Shown: one piece after another, positions 37,800-49,308 of the stretch | Layout of the letters: every line of letters begins with the position of its first letter | How positions within the stretch are numbered: the first letter of the stretch is position 1 | NCBI GenBank assembly: GCA_013265495.1 | Contig: MU058687.1 | Span: 4,958,093-5,022,092 of the forward strand | DNA length: 64,000 nucleotides | From: Vicugna vicugna | Taxonomy: Eukaryota | Reading direction: 5' to 3' | Notes under the pieces: model-generated | Seen by the model: the letters and a program-made list of their open reading frames with translations, nothing else | What the model was told of the DNA's origin: nothing | The model's database searches: none | Program-made: the position numbers and the translations under genes

Positions 37800-38680
37800 A
37801 ATCGCTTCTCATTACGGCCCTCAACTCCCTTCTTCCTCTGTTGTATTCATTCTAGATCACTCCAAATGGTTTCTATCCTCTACCCAACTGGAATAGTGCC
37901 TTCAACCTGCCTTAGAAGCCTTTTATTTTCTTTGATCAGCAGCCCCCTCACCTCTAACTTTTGATCAGTATCCTTTCAACCTCCCAACTCAGTTCCCTTC
38001 TGCACCTCTGCACCACTGTCTCAAATGCTGCTTTCTTACAGAAGAAAATGTTCATCAATCTCTGCACCACTGTCTCAAATGCTGCTTTCTTACAGAAGAA
38101 AATGTTCATCAATCATGAATTTCTTCAAATTCCTCTACTTCTGACTTCACCCGCGTCAGTGCTCACTCTAGGAGAATCCCTTCACCCTGCTGTTCAAAAT
38201 CGTGTGCTCTTAATCCCTCTACTCTGGACTCTTCCTGAGCGTTTTGACATCATTATGTTCATTTTCCAGCAGTGCCATTAATATAATCTCTTCAAGCCTA
38301 TGCATATATCCAAGGCTTTCCCATCTTAAAAGCAAAATCAAAAGAGTAAGTAGTTCTATGAACCTGCTTCCCAACCTTTCCATCAGCTACCTGCTATCCC
38401 CAGATGAGGACTCTCTTTTATTCCTTTATACTCAAATTTCTTGAGTATTATACTCTCACCAATTTCCCTTTCTAAGCAAGTGACACCTATTTATCGCAGA
38501 GAAAAGTCACAAGTAAACAAATTCCAGCTATGATCTCACCCTTCACGTAGAATCATACCTATAAGGCCATCCTTGTCTTCCTTCCCTTCCTTCTCTGCTC
38601 ATATTTCTTGCATGTACCCAGAAGTCCAGTCACACCCTGCTTTTATTTTGAAAATGTTGTTTTTTCTACCTGGGAACGTC
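37800..38680 (+). mobile_element. Degraded L2 interior fragment(s)
   Basis: Pyrimidine-rich L2-like sequence (caactcccttcttcctct..., ttcccatcttaaaagcaaaa, ccatcagctacctgc). Confidence 0.45.
38006..38113. repeat. Perfect 54-bp direct tandem duplication
   Basis: ctctgcaccactgtctcaaatgctgctttcttacagaagaaaatgttcatcaat occurs at 38006-38059 and 38060-38113. Confidence 0.97.
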
Positions 38681-38689
38681 TAACGTGCA

Positions 38690-38850
38690 CAAGAGCATGC
38701 TTCTTCATCTGTGAAGTGGAGATGGTAAAGACGTCAGCATTCCCGTAGGGCTATTGAGAAAATTTGTTCAACTATTTCATATGCGCAGATTAGTGCCTGG
38801 TTCATGGGAAACGCTCAGTAAATGTCAACTATTATCATCATTATTATTTT
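38690..38850 (+). mobile_element. MIR 3' half
   Basis: ttcttcatctgtgaagtggagatgg...tagggctattgagaaaatt...tagtgcctggttcatgggaaacgctcagtaaatg. Confidence 0.75.
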
Positions 38851-40069
38851 TGTTCTTTTACCCACTCTCTCTGCCTGGAAAAGTAATAACCCCTCAAGAC
38901 TCTGTTCAAACACTGCCTGCTTGGTGAGTTGCCCACCTTCACTGCCACCCCGTCTCACTCTGCCAAGTGCAGGTTGGGGTCCTTTTTTCAGTGGCTCCAC
39001 AACAGCAATGAACTTCTATGCATATGTTATATCAGGACCTCATCACACTTCTCAGACAAGTAGATTGAGGTGGGGAATTTAAGAACCTAAGCCATGTTTC
39101 AAACCAAGCAGTGGCTGGGCTCTCTGTTTAACACCAGAGCCTCTAGAGAACCCATCTGTGCTGCCGTGTGAGTCCATAATGACTTCTCAATTAGGTTCCT
39201 AGTCCGTTTCCAAGCCTTCCTTTCCACTGAGATACTTCAAGCATATATGAATGGGCCATAAATAAGCTGCCTAAAGATAGAGAAAATTAAACCCATTATC
39301 TTCCTCTCAATGTTATCGGAATATTTCAGCCAACTAGAAGGAAATTCTTCAGAATGGTCTTCGCTTTGTGCTTGTGTGTGTCCATGTATTTTTGTATCTT
39401 GGAAACTTTCTGTCTATGAAGAACCAGATAATTATGTTTAAATAAATGGTCAAAGTTGGCAGCTTTTGTTTGAAGCCCTGTTTTGGACAATATATGTAGA
39501 TAGAGAAAACTAAGAGTTAAGATACTGAGTGAGTTTCACTCTGTGTATTTCTACAGTTATGACAGTGGAGGCTATTAAAAGCAGTATTTATCTGTATATG
39601 TGTTCTATACCGATGTAATCTATCTCTCTAATTAGATAGTCAATTATTTTTAAAGAGCTGCAAATAAGCCCTATAAGAATGTCATAAATGCATTCCATTT
39701 AGAAACATCTTGCAGACAAATTTTGTTTTTATTCTTTGTGTATCCTCCTGCAGCCTTGAAAGAACAACAACAAAAATCTTATTACTCAACTAATTCTAGA
39801 AGCAGATCATTACTGCCTAGTAGTATGTTAATCATGCTTATTACCATTCTTTCTCCTTAGACATCATTATGCTTTGGGATAGAAAAGGTGGGTGGCGTGC
39901 GAGTCTCCATGGAGAAATGAATGGTGGGAGTAGGCAGTCTTCTCAAGAGATACAATGTTATTTTCACGCAAAATTTCCCAAGTAATAAAAAGGGGCTTGA
40001 AAATGGTGATAATGTATGATGTATAAGTGGAATTATTAGTGAGAGCTGTATCTTTTTCTTCCATAGGAT

Positions 40070-40340
40070 CTTTTAAGATGTAGACAAATTGGAGGTAGGT
40101 AGGCCAGACAGAGGCAAGATTGATTAGGGGAATTGAAGGAATGATTTATGAAGGATTAAAGGAAATAAATATGTATAGTTTGGCTAAATGACAAATCAGA
40201 GGAAATGACATTATGGACCACAGATATTTGTGAGTGGCTGGTCACAACGAGAGCAAGGGATTACTTAGGTCATGCAATGAAATCGGGGTGGGGGATTGTA
40301 AACTCAATGTCTGGATTTTTTTTTATTCTTGACTGTGAGA
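40070..40340 (+). mobile_element. CR1/L3 LINE ORF2 3' fragment
   Basis: Reads DVDKLEV...ARLIRGIEGMIYEGLKEINMYSLAK*QIRGND, resembling the CR1 C-terminal motif YEERLKELxxxSLxKRRLRGD. Confidence 0.7.
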
Positions 40341-40539
40341 ATTATTAGATTATATAAAAGAGCTATCCCAGAACCTACTGCTTGGATTAAAGCAAGAGAC
40401 ACAAAGGCAGGGTGTGGCAGCATGAAATCGCTAATAGTTTCCTTGATTCTGAGCAACTTGTTACCAGGAAGCTGGCCTTACTTGTTTTTAATCCCTGGGA
40501 TTTAACACATTATAAGAACTCCATAGAGAGAGAAATCAC

Positions 40540-40710
40540 GCTCAGTTCAGTGAGAGGACAAAAGTCTCTTGAGTTAGACACTGAAGATTTTATGACATCT
40601 CTGCTGGTTTACTGTTGTATGACCTTGAGCAAGTGACTTAACCTTGCTATGGCTCATCGATAAGGGAGGCATTAACATCTGCCGAACAGGATTGATGTGA
40701 GGTTTACACA
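40540..40710 (+). mobile_element. MIR SINE
   Basis: ttactgttgtatgaccttgagcaagtgacttaacctt...acaggattgatgtgaggttta. Confidence 0.75.
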
Positions 40711-40739
40711 AGTCATCTTGACATCTCTTTTTATCTGTT

Positions 40740-41400
40740 TAGTAGCAGCGAAGTTCACCTCTCCTCTCCATCATCACTAGCCTTGCCTGGTTTACCTTCA
40801 TTGTTTCCTGGACTCCAGTCTTGCCCATCTTCATTAGTTTCTGCAATACAGTCAGGGTAACTTTTTGCAGTGTGTATCTGCTTAAGCCATCGCCTAGCTT
40901 CAAACCTCCAAAGGATCCCGTTGTCTTCAGGATAAAATCTGATCTTCTTAGGGTAGCATACTTCATGCGAGCATCTGCTTTCTTTCCAGTTCCAACTCGT
41001 ATCACCCTCCTCCTCTCACATCGTGCTCTAGCCATACTGACATGAATTCCCAAATGAACTTGACTTTTTTAAGCCGTGAACATGCTGGGCTATCTGTTGA
41101 GAACCTAATCTCTCACTCTTTTTCTTCTGACTAACTTGTACTCGTCCCAAAACACCCATCTCAGATTTTACCTACTTAGGGATATCCTACCCAGAATCCA
41201 GGTGCCTCATCCTTGTGTTTCTGTAGTAATAAAGCTTGTCATTATCCTACTGTTGATTCTGTATTGTAATTGTCTTTTTATATCTGCTTCTCCTCATAGA
41301 CTTTAGACTTCATTTGGGCAGATACTTAGATTAGGGCCTACTGCTTGGTAGGCATTCAACATTTTTTAAAATAAAAGGATAGTGTATGTACGGATGTATA
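40740..41400 (+). mobile_element. L2 3' region
   Basis: ttcattgtttcctggact...cagtcagggtaactttt...cttcaaacctcca...caggataaaatctgatc...ctagccatactgac...tagactttagacttcatttgggcag...ggtaggcattcaac. Confidence 0.8.
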
Positions 41401-42120
41401 AGTGGACAGGTGGATGGAAGGATGGATGGGTGGAATGTAACAAGAGATCATTGGTTAAGATCAGTTCTCTTCTCTTGAAGTGTTGAAGTTAAGGATTGCA
41501 CTTGGTTGTCTCTAGTAACGATGGTCTTGAATGAGATTTATTTGGTTATTTATGTGTACTTATATCTATACCATCCACCCATGTCCACCACATTGGGAAG
41601 ATACTGCAACCGAGGAGGAACAGCTGGAGTCTAGGAGACCTGGGGTATTTGTGAGCACATATCAGAGAGAACTGTATCAATACGGTAGCCTTGAGGTAGT
41701 ACTTGAAAATATCCTACCTTTAGTGGTAAATACAGATCTTCGTTTTTACAACTGCATATTTTGTGAATTCTGGGACCCTGATCGAAGAGTGATGGAAATG
41801 AGGACAAAGCGACTGAAATGGGAGTATAAGGAGGAATGGAGGAGAGGGAGACAAAAACCAAACTTCTCCTTTCACACATGCCATCTCCCTCTCTGGGGCT
41901 TGTCCATAGCCCAGCAGCTTAACCTTAAGACACATGGCCAGCCCTCCTCGGCTAGAGTTTGCCCTACTTGTTGGGTGCATTGTAGCGTCTTAGATGATCG
42001 ATGGCTCATGCCAAGAGCAGAATGTTAAGATTCATGAAATTCAAGTCTACTCCATTAATAACCTGGGCAGGGTTCTCATCCCTCCCCCTTTGTTTTCTCC
42101 TTTGCCAAGTCTCCATTCTC

Positions 42121-42124
<4 letters not shown>

Positions 42125-42181
<57 letters not shown>
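42125..42181. repeat. (TG)n microsatellite
   Basis: Uninterrupted TG run that ends at the gap. Confidence 0.98.
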
Positions 42182-42192
42182 NNNNNNNNNNN
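42182..42192. other. Assembly gap (11 N)
   Basis: Run of n directly after (TG)n. Confidence 0.99.
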
Positions 42193-42967
42193 AAGGAGAA
42201 AGAAATTTCAGACACAGCCATGAGTCGCCACCTGAAAGTACACCCCAGGGTCTCCGTGTCCCTTTGCAGCTCTGTGATAAATTACCATCTTTAGGTTAAC
42301 TGTTGCCTTTTCAGGAAGTGTTTATTCATTTTCGTCTCTTTACTGGTTCACCAGTGAACCTCTGAGACACAGAGCCAACCTTTCCTTTCCCTTCTCGGGA
42401 GCTCGCTACCTGAAGCAAGAGCACCAATAAATAGAGCCGACAGGGAGGAGGGGTGTCTCCGTGCTGGTCTCCAGCACACGGATTTAGTGCGGCCCCAGGC
42501 CATGCCATCTCTGTTGCCTTTTATTAGACTAACTAGTTTCCGGTTTCTTTGCGCTGCAAATTCAAATTTCTGTGAAAGTGTACTCCAAGCCAGGTCTCCC
42601 GGGCTCGGGGAAGGGGGACAATTCTTTCAGCAAAGCATTTTTCTCTGCCTTGTCAGATTGCTGCTGTGTTCAAGAGGTGAAAGAGAGAGAGCTCTTTCTC
42701 ATGCACCTCTTTACCAAGACCACTGAGCCTGCTCAGGTTTACTCAGGGGGCACTGACACATTCATGACCCTGTCCTCACCCCACCTCAGGAAGAAGTTGC
42801 CTAAAACAATGTGCTTTAAAGGTATCTCTGAAGGATACACTTGAGCTTGAGCCCTGATTGGACTACACTTTTATCAATGAGGTTATCTCTCTAAGCCACA
42901 GAGATCCAGAAAGGTTACAATAGACTCTTTATAACTAGTACCTCAATTATAGCTATAAATGTAATAT

Positions 42968-43150
42968 AACATATTCTCAATCAGGGATGATTTCTGACCG
43001 CCCCCTGCCCCCATCCCCACCCCAAGAGGACTTTTGAAATGTCTGAAAACGCTTCGGGTTGTTACAGTTGGGGTAGGGGGAGTGGGGAGAGGTGCTATGG
43101 TATGTTGTAAGTAGAGACCACAGGTGGTGCTCCCCATCCTATAATGTACA
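42968..43150 (+). mobile_element. MER20 hAT-Charlie DNA transposon
   Basis: ttctcaatcagggatgattt...ggacttttgaaatgtctgaaaacgcttcgggttgttacagttgggg...gtagagacca...catcctataatgtaca. Confidence 0.8.
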
Positions 43151-45511
43151 TTAACTCTGGAATATGTAAATCAAGTAAATCTCAGTGCCCTGCCTGATAT
43201 GCCATGGGAGATATGTACAAAGTATGAGCTATGACTTCTATTCTCCAAGCATTAGAGAGAAAAACAACCCACACTTATTTTTGAGTTCTGGCTATATGCA
43301 AAGCTGAGTGGTATCTGAAAACAACGGCATGGCAGTGTCCTCAAAGGACTTACAGTCTACAGGAGAAACTTAAAGTCTAGTAAGAAACTAACACAGATAT
43401 ACCAACATTGAGTGACATCAGAAATGCTTAAATTCATTACTGAGTTTAGTAATACAGTGAAGGCTAGAAAGGTCTTAAGAAATTTTAATGGAGAAGGAGG
43501 AGTTTGACCAGAGTTGAGGTGACTAAAATGAGGAAGCAGAGAGGTCAGACTGATTGTGGTGGGTGGATAGAAGAGTGGATGGAGCGGGCGGGGCTGCGGG
43601 GATGAGGAAGTGAAGCCCTGTTGCCTGCTCTCCTGCCCCACCTTCAAGATCACCTGGCAATGCCAGTTGCAGAAGTTGCACAACAGTATGGGCCATCAGA
43701 GGGGAAATGTCTATCTGGTTTTCAATCTTTTCAGTATTTGACTATTCTTCATCTTGAAAAATGGGTAAACATAAGATGTGGGCCAAGAAGTTTAGAACTC
43801 CTGGAGGACTCTGAGATTGACACATGTCTGACAGTTTCCATTTTGCAGAAGAAGACCAGTGGTCCCGGAAGACAGTCAGTCTTTGACGCTCCTTTCATTT
43901 CAAATGAGCAGATGTGGAGTTTTAGACACACGGATCATTCTATGAGGTTTTTAAGGAAACCTGCTGTGTGTGTGTGACTTGCTTCTTTCCCTGAGTCAGG
44001 CACATCCCTGACTTCGTCTTTACCTCTAGTTCCCTTTGGCTGTCAGACGGGAGTGTGGCTTTGCAGAAGGACTAAGATGGGCAGCAGAGACGTGAATTCC
44101 ATTTCTTACCCTCCGCTAGCTCGCCGAGCGACATTGGGCAAAGCTGCCAGTGCAGAGGTTGGCTTGGGTTAGGCCAGGTCCAGTTCTACCCTTATGCACC
44201 GATTGCCCCCTTGACTTCCCTGTTCCACTGAAAGAGTTTGGAGAAAGTGTGGCGCATCCCCGGCACATTTTGTGATCTTCCGGTGAGCAGTGTCAGCAGT
44301 GTCAGCAGCCTTGTGCTCTCACTAATGGTCTGGTATACCTTAAGAATAAACGACACCAGTTTGTTGTTACTGGATCTCACTCGCAGCCTGTTTATAGAGC
44401 CGTAACTCTGCAGTGTTTCTCGACAGAGGTTCTGGAAGGGGAAAAATGACAGTGTGGCCGTTTGCTAACACCCGGGTGCATTTTCTGCACATAGGCATGG
44501 CCCCAAGGAGAACCCGTCCAAGGCAGGAAGCTAACCTGATTCACATCTCTACCTAGAGGCACTTAGGGAAACTCTCAGGTGGTTCCCTCAGTGACAAATT
44601 TGAATCCCAGGGAGCCACAGAAGCAGAGTCCAAATACATTTTGGAGGAAATTCCTACTACCTTTTCAAGGGAAGGACACCTGCAGTGTTTCTCGCCCACC
44701 TCTTCTCTGCATTGGCAACACAGGCACCAGAGACAGAGGCTAGATTTTCCTATTCTTCTTCTTGTCTAATTTGTTTACTTAAAAAAAACAAATTTGAATA
44801 AAAGTCAGTCATGTGACTTAGAGTCTTAGATGTGGGGCTTTAGCAAGGATTTGCCTTCAAAATGTGTCTGACTCGGTTTCTGCACTTGAATGACCGCTGC
44901 CTTGGAAGTACTAGCATTGTTTTCTTTATCGTAAGAGTGGCAAGCTCTGTCTGGATAAGAGTATTTGATTGTAGAACGGTTACCAGATAGCTTCATTCCA
45001 TTGTAATAATTCAACAAGCAGGAAAAAAGATGCTTCATTCTTTGCACTCACTGGCCACTCCTGTTAGTCCAACAGAAGGACCCGTATGTTGACTCAGAAG
45101 CACACGCAGAGTACTCTTTTAATTGACTTGCACAAGTTAGTTGCTCAGTGCTGGCGAAGAGTTGTGTGATTACTTACTCTGAATTGTCTACCAGTTATAA
45201 TGATTGCTTCCCTGAATACAGTGCTTACCGGGTGCCACACGTGAGGCTGAGAGCTTTACGTGCACGGTACTATTATTTCCTCTGCTTACAGATAAGGAAA
45301 GCAACGTGTGAGTCAAATGATGTGTTGAAAGTCCAGGAGGGTAAATGCCTCCTGTTTAATCCCTTGTTGAAAAACTTCTTGAGTTTTGGAACACAAAAAC
45401 TTAAATATAGTTGTTGCTGTTTCCTGAGGACTCAAGTTCGTGCACTAGACCAGCTTCATCATTGTGAGCCTCAAATAATTACGCACGAGATAGATAACAA
45501 GGGAAAGAGGC

Positions 45512-46063
45512 TGTTACCTGACAGTGTTTGTGTGCCCGATGCACAGCGAGGCCAAAGAAACCGAAACATTGGCGTTTCAAGCAGAGGAGGAGACCAGACA
45601 AGGAGGGCCATGCTCGAAAAACCTGAATTCCTTTATGGTTTTCGGGGAAGAGTTTTTATAGGCAAAATTTGAGGTGAGGGCTGCAGAATGTGTGACTTTC
45701 TTCTGAGGAGTTGGTGGGGAGGTAACAGGGCCGTGTTCCAGGAATCTTGTGCTCAGCCTGAACTTACCCTCCTCCACCCGGATGGGGGGGCCTCAGCTCC
45801 TGCAGAAGAACTCAAAGCCATTGTTATGTGTGTCCCTTGAGGAGGAACCAGGCCCCTGCCCCAAGGCTGGACTATTGTTTCTTGACTGTTCTCTATTGTT
45901 TCTGCCTTCCCCTCCCTTCCCTGATTAGCAACTGTTTGAATCTGGCTTTGGAGCTCAGGGAAGGTCAAGGAGGCTGAATGAAGCCTAGGTCCTACTAACA
46001 AGAAATGGAGGACATGGAAGGGATTTGCACCAGGAGGACCCCACAGAATCCAGCTCTCTTTCA
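45512..46063 (-). mobile_element. ERV1-like 3' LTR with adjacent polypurine tract
   Basis: TGTTACC...TTTCA termini, a minus-strand TATAAAAA near 45655, and minus-strand PPT AGAAAAGAGGGGAT (46064-77) abutting the LTR start. Confidence 0.75.
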
Positions 46064-46132
46064 ATCCCCTCTTTTCTCTGATACTCCTCAATCTTGAGGA
46101 GAACAGGTGTTGCACAAGAAACGGAATAACAT

Positions 46133-46502
46133 TGTTCCTGAAAGATCAGCCCTCATCACTGATCAGCCAAATTGAAACTCAGAGACGGGGTCCTGGAGCT
46201 TAGAAGAAAAGAGACAGATTTATTACTTTGCTGGGCAAAGGGGACTCACATCAGGCTAGTGCCTTCAAAACTGTGAAGCCACCCTGGGGATGGGGTAGGG
46301 CGGTTATACAGCCATAGCTCAAACAATAAACAATCAACGGAATCAATTTCTCCTTCTAAGACTTACAGTGGCGTCATGATGCCTCCAGGCGACCAATTCT
46401 ATAGAAGCTAGCGGTTGCCACTTTTTCGATCTCTGACTTTCGGTTAATTGCAGTTTCACTCGACCAGTGGTATCTTGGCAGCTAGCTTCAGAGGAACCGT
46501 GA
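46133..46502 (-). mobile_element. ERV1-like LTR inserted in residual ERV internal sequence
   Basis: Shares gccaaattga.actcagag...tttatt.ctttgc..ggcaaagggga.tcaca.caggcta with the 53306 LTR. Minus-strand AATAAA at 46219-24. Imperfect flanks acat/gcat; the right end is uncertain. Confidence 0.65.
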
Positions 46503-48289
46503 GCATTGGCTATAGAGAAAATCTTTGCTGACTAATCAAGCTGAGGATTCAGATGTCATTTTCCAAAATAAATCCATGCTCCTTTGGGAGCCCTCACCAG
46601 TGGTGTGTTATCACTTGGGGTCACTTCAACTTTTCAGCAAAGAGCAAGGGACAGTGCCTGTAATCACAGGATAGCAGGAAAGCCTGCACGTCAGGCCCAG
46701 AATGACATAACTGTAGAGGAGCACAGCCCAGTGACTTACTTGCTTCAGGTCGCAGCCCCGTGTGTACCTGCAGGTGATGAGATGGAAGCAAAACGTTGGC
46801 GAGCCTAACCTTTGAGGCTAAGAAATTGCATTGGCCAATGTCTCGTTTCTCTTTTCTTTTCTTTTGCTTTACTTCATCTGCTGTGACTGACTCTTTTTTT
46901 CTCATTGCTATTTTATGGCAATTAAGGAAAAAAAACTCCCACTTTGCAACTATTATACTCATTTCTTTTGCCTGGAGGGCAGCTGCTACACAAGAAATCC
47001 TGGGTTTTTGTTTTGTTTTGTTTTGTTTTTCTTTTTCATCCAGATCTGAAAAGAAATTCCAGGTTATGATCAGTCCTTATATCAGCTCTGGATCTGAGGC
47101 TTGGATCCCCAGATCCCTGGGCTGGAAAAGCCAGTCATTTCGCTTGTGTGCAAATCAGATACTGAAATTCCATGAGGCTCCCCTTTGCAGGAAAAATGGA
47201 CCATTGCCTCTTAAATTGCTGGCCTCAACTGAGAGGTGCCATCTCCCTGAAGCAAAGTGGGAGTGTTCCTTTGAAGCTTTACACAACTCACCTCTGCTTC
47301 AGGATGAAACACTTTAGAGCTAGAATAGTCCTGCAGTATGTTAACTGAGTAGGTATGTCTACTATGCCTTTAATTTAGTCGAAAATTAAAAATAAAAATG
47401 ACTGCATGGAATAGCAGGGGCTTTGGATGTTTGAAATTTAGACCAGTTAGTTGATGGCCTGTAGAGACCCTGATTCCGTCCCTCACCCTAGAGAGAGCCT
47501 GCGGTGAGCTTGGTGGTAGGCAGGCTGGAACTAAGAGTCCACAGGCCAGTCCTGCTGCTCACATCCACCCAAATCTGCCCCCTGCCAGGAAACAGCCCCC
47601 TGCCCTCTCTGATTGCTTTCTCTCATGAGGAGAAGGTCAGTGGTGCCCACCGCTTCCAGGGCAGCCCTTTACACAAGCAGTGGGTGCCTTTGAAAGGCAA
47701 ACAGTCGCAGGAAGTCTTTGAAGGCAGAAGAGACTTTTTCATCTTTATAGGCCTCAGCCAGAACATTGGTTCTCGATGCAGTACAAGCAGTTTCAAAGTT
47801 ATCTCCTGTGCTGATACGAACGTGATAGCACAGAGCAGAGAGGTGCTGTAATGATTTCCTTTCAAATGGCTGCCTCACCATTTATCTATGCACGCTGTCG
47901 AAGACCGATATGGTCAGGAGTTAGCAGTGGCAGGGAATAATTAATCTCGCACCGGGGAAACAAGTTCCTCATTTGTCTCCTGAGAAATTAGCACTGCATG
48001 GACAGGGAAAGTAGATGATACAGTGAGAAACGAGGAAGGATGGGGTATCTTCAGCTCAGGTGCCAAATTGTAGCATTTTCATGGAGCACCTACTGTGTGC
48101 CCGGTGCTGGGGGTACTGATGACTCCTGTACGGAAATAGCCCATAGTCTCCTGGGGGGGTCACGTATTATTTCTAAGTACTTGTCACCTTCCCACCATGC
48201 CCACCTTCCCATACCATACCACAGGCTATGGTAATGCCCATACCATCAGCTAAAGAAGAGCTGGATTTCGCTGAGTGTCTGCACTGGTA

Positions 48290-48694
48290 ATTGTGCAGGC
48301 TCAGCTTCTGTAACAAAGAGCCCCTCCCCTCCACCACCAACACCAAGTGGCCCAGCAAGTAGACTCCAGAGGTTAGTGGTCTGGGACTACTGGGACAGTC
48401 TGCTGCTCCCAACGTGGCGCTCTCCTCTCCGGATTCAAGTCTTTCCTGTCTTCCAGCCAGTGGGAAGAGAAACAGGAAAACCACACGCCTTGGGTTTAAG
48501 GGTTAGACCCTGAAGTATCACTCATCACTTTGCTTATATGTCATAAGGCCACACCTGCTTGCAAAGCAGAAAGGCAAGAAAATACAGTCACTAACTGGAA
48601 AGCCATGTACCTTAAAACCATCTGGGAGTGTTCTCTTCCTCAAAGAACCAAGGGAACCTAGATAGTTAAAGGGACAAGAAGCAATCTCTGCCAC
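48290..48694 (-). mobile_element. MLT1-type MaLR LTR
   Basis: cttctgtaacaaa...ccctgaagtatcactcatcacttt...ggccacacctgcttgcaaagcag...gcaatctctgccaca. Confidence 0.7.
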
Positions 48695-48814
48695 AGAGAT
48701 ATTCAGTAAATCACTTTCCACTTCTCTAAATTTTCAGTAACTCACCTCTTAAATGAGAGAATTTAAGGAGGTGACCTCTGCAGTTCACTGCAGTTACAAA
48801 GTCAAAGTAACAGC

Positions 48815-49308
48815 TGTTACCAAACCAAACTTGGGTCCGCTTGCCTGAGTGCAGTAAAGTCACACTGCTGCCACGGGGTTTGGTGGAGCAGAGTGCAGCA
48901 TTCATTACAAGGCACCGTATGAGGAATCCACTACAGCGAGTGCTTAAAAGGCCCGAACTCCCTGATGGGTTTCAGGAAAGCAAGTTTAAAGGCCAGGTGA
49001 AGGGGTGGAAGTCATGGGGTATGTGATCAGCTTGTGCACAGTTCTCTGCCTGGTTGATGCTGAGGTAACAGGGCGGTGTCACGGGGCTAACTCTATCAGT
49101 CCTTAGGCACCAGTAGACCTGGGGGCTCTGTGCTCACGGTCATCAAGTAGTTAATGTCTTCCACATAGTGGTGGTTTTAGCGTCTGTAAAATAACTCAGG
49201 AAATGCGATTCAGATATAGTTACCTGGGTCCTTCAGAAAGGAGCTAAAGCAGAGGATGTGGGGGAGGGGTCTGTCCCAGGAAGGCACCACACGTCCTGGT
49301 CAGTAACA
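48815..49308 (-). mobile_element. ERV1-like solo LTR
   Basis: TGTTAC...GTAACA inverted termini. Shares ccgaactccctgatgg.tttc.g and gaggtaacagggc.gtgt with the 45512 LTR. No clean TSD. Confidence 0.75.

Noticed and set aside
37961..38281. ORF with an 18-aa repeat, or a CRISPR-like repeat
   Set aside because: It is a simple two-copy 54-bp duplication with no spacers, in a mammalian intron.
41994..42299. VC/TH-repeat ORFs
   Set aside because: These are translations of (TG)n across an N gap.
45148..47317. 174-aa, 120-aa and 173-aa ORFs
   Set aside because: They run across MIR/LTR and low-complexity DNA with no recognisable domain.
45512..49308. A single provirus bounded by the two TGTTACC LTRs
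   Set aside because: The LTRs are only distantly similar, there is no PBS next to 48815, and the interior holds an older MLT1 and no gag/pol/env.
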